NCBI GenBank assembly: GCA_965649765.1
Contig: OZ287759.1
Span: 1,488,001-1,552,000 of the forward strand
From: Bispira polyomma
Lineage: Eukaryota
Reading direction: 5' to 3'
DNA length: 64,000 nucleotides
Part shown: positions 63,222-64,000 of the stretch, one piece after another
Position numbering within the stretch: the stretch's first letter is position 1
Layout: each line of letters opens with the position of its first letter
Notes under the pieces: generated by a model
Told to the model about the DNA's origin: nothing
What the model saw: only the letters and a program-made list of their open reading frames with translations
Database searches by the model: none
Program-made: the position numbers and the translations under genes

Positions 63222-64000
63222 ACAAAAATGTGGGTGGTTTACTTCTAAAGTTGTCCTAACTAAACAAATACTGGTCAGGAGTCTCTGTATAACCCATGAC
63301 AGAGCCCTTGCACTTCATTCACAGCCATTCCACAACCTCGGCCACGACCTCTTAACGAGTACTGTTCACAACCTCTGTGATAACCTTGTTGGTTTTGCGG
63401 TTGGTCCGGTCTGCTTTCGGGTGGCTGACCTCTTCTGTGTTATGTCGAAGTGGTTTATCATTTCACATTGTAAGCAGGGCATGCCTGAAATCCTCCTGGG
63501 TGAGGTCCAACTGGGTGATGTCCACCACAGTTTCTGCATTTAACCTTCTTCTGTTGGGACTTTGAAAGTTGGTTGAAAAAAGTGGGTTGACCACTTGGAT
63601 TCACTGCTGTCATACAGTTTTCTGCACGCAGAACCAATTTTGTCCATAGAGCACCGGCCTTTGATTTTTCTGTTCTTGAATCAAATTACAACTCACCACC
63701 TTTGGGTTGTACTGTAGACGGCACTGTACTATATATTACTCTCCTGCAATATCTCAGTTTTCTGGTGTTTGATGTATTCCAGTATACATACACTGTTAAC
63801 TTAATAGGACTGGTTGTCTAGCCAGGATATGTCCACAAACCACGATGCTATGGTCTTCTGTGCAATCTGGTTATTGTTACTTGACCAGTGCTGCACTGTG
63901 AAAATTCGTTTTTGTGCCGATTTCAACGATTCTGGCTCTGTACATCTAGTATCTGGTGCACTAATGAATTTACAATGTCTTTCCACCCAAATGACTATTT

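Larger units (their letters stand above)
59880..63600 (-). mobile_element. Decayed Ty3/Gypsy element, Mag-like (K02A2.6-type pol)
   Basis: Gag knuckle KCRNCGGHHP...HPGGFQACPAYNVK (~63465-63545), protease (VADTA), RT (WVSPIEVVPK, FSKIDLRQGYYQLEL), RNase H (HISGKDNPADYLS), integrase (PWQEISIDYFGPLPSGNYLIGIIDDYSRFPEV), PPT and short 3' LTR. Confidence 0.92.

Noticed and set aside
63655-63700. Minus-strand VVI*FKNRKIK resembling homeodomain helix 3
   Set aside because: The Trp position is a stop, there are more stops upstream, and no helix 1/2 similarity

Overview
AT-rich, repeat-dense eukaryotic DNA; the SINE, Helentron-like and LTR families suggest an invertebrate, probably a mollusc (inference). 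I found no intact host protein-coding gene. Main content: (1) a candidate minus-strand spliced transcript with five short GT-AG exons between 24.97 kb and 1.41 kb, stop codons in all frames, and a YY1/E-box/CRE promoter near 24.95-25.09 kb; (2) a decayed, 3'-truncated Ty3/Gypsy element (~17.2-24.0 kb, +) in its first intron, whose reconstructed ~1,075-aa Gag starts with a ComEA-like helix-hairpin-helix domain and a long coiled coil, with an intact TTTAAAC -1 frameshift into pol; (3) a Ngaro-type tyrosine-recombinase retrotransposon (38.44-42.08 kb, -) with split direct repeats and a shared CAGTT core; (4) a decayed Mag-like Gypsy element (59.9-63.6 kb, -); (5) nested segmental duplications across 27.5-59.9 kb that supply empty sites for several insertions and for a 45-bp minisatellite; (6) many tRNA-derived SINEs, L2-like and RTE-X-like LINE fragments, MITEs, a Helentron-like element, solo-LTR-like pieces, and a non-autonomous element carrying an internal antisense copy of its own end junction. 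Coordinates of decayed repeats are approximate, read by eye.
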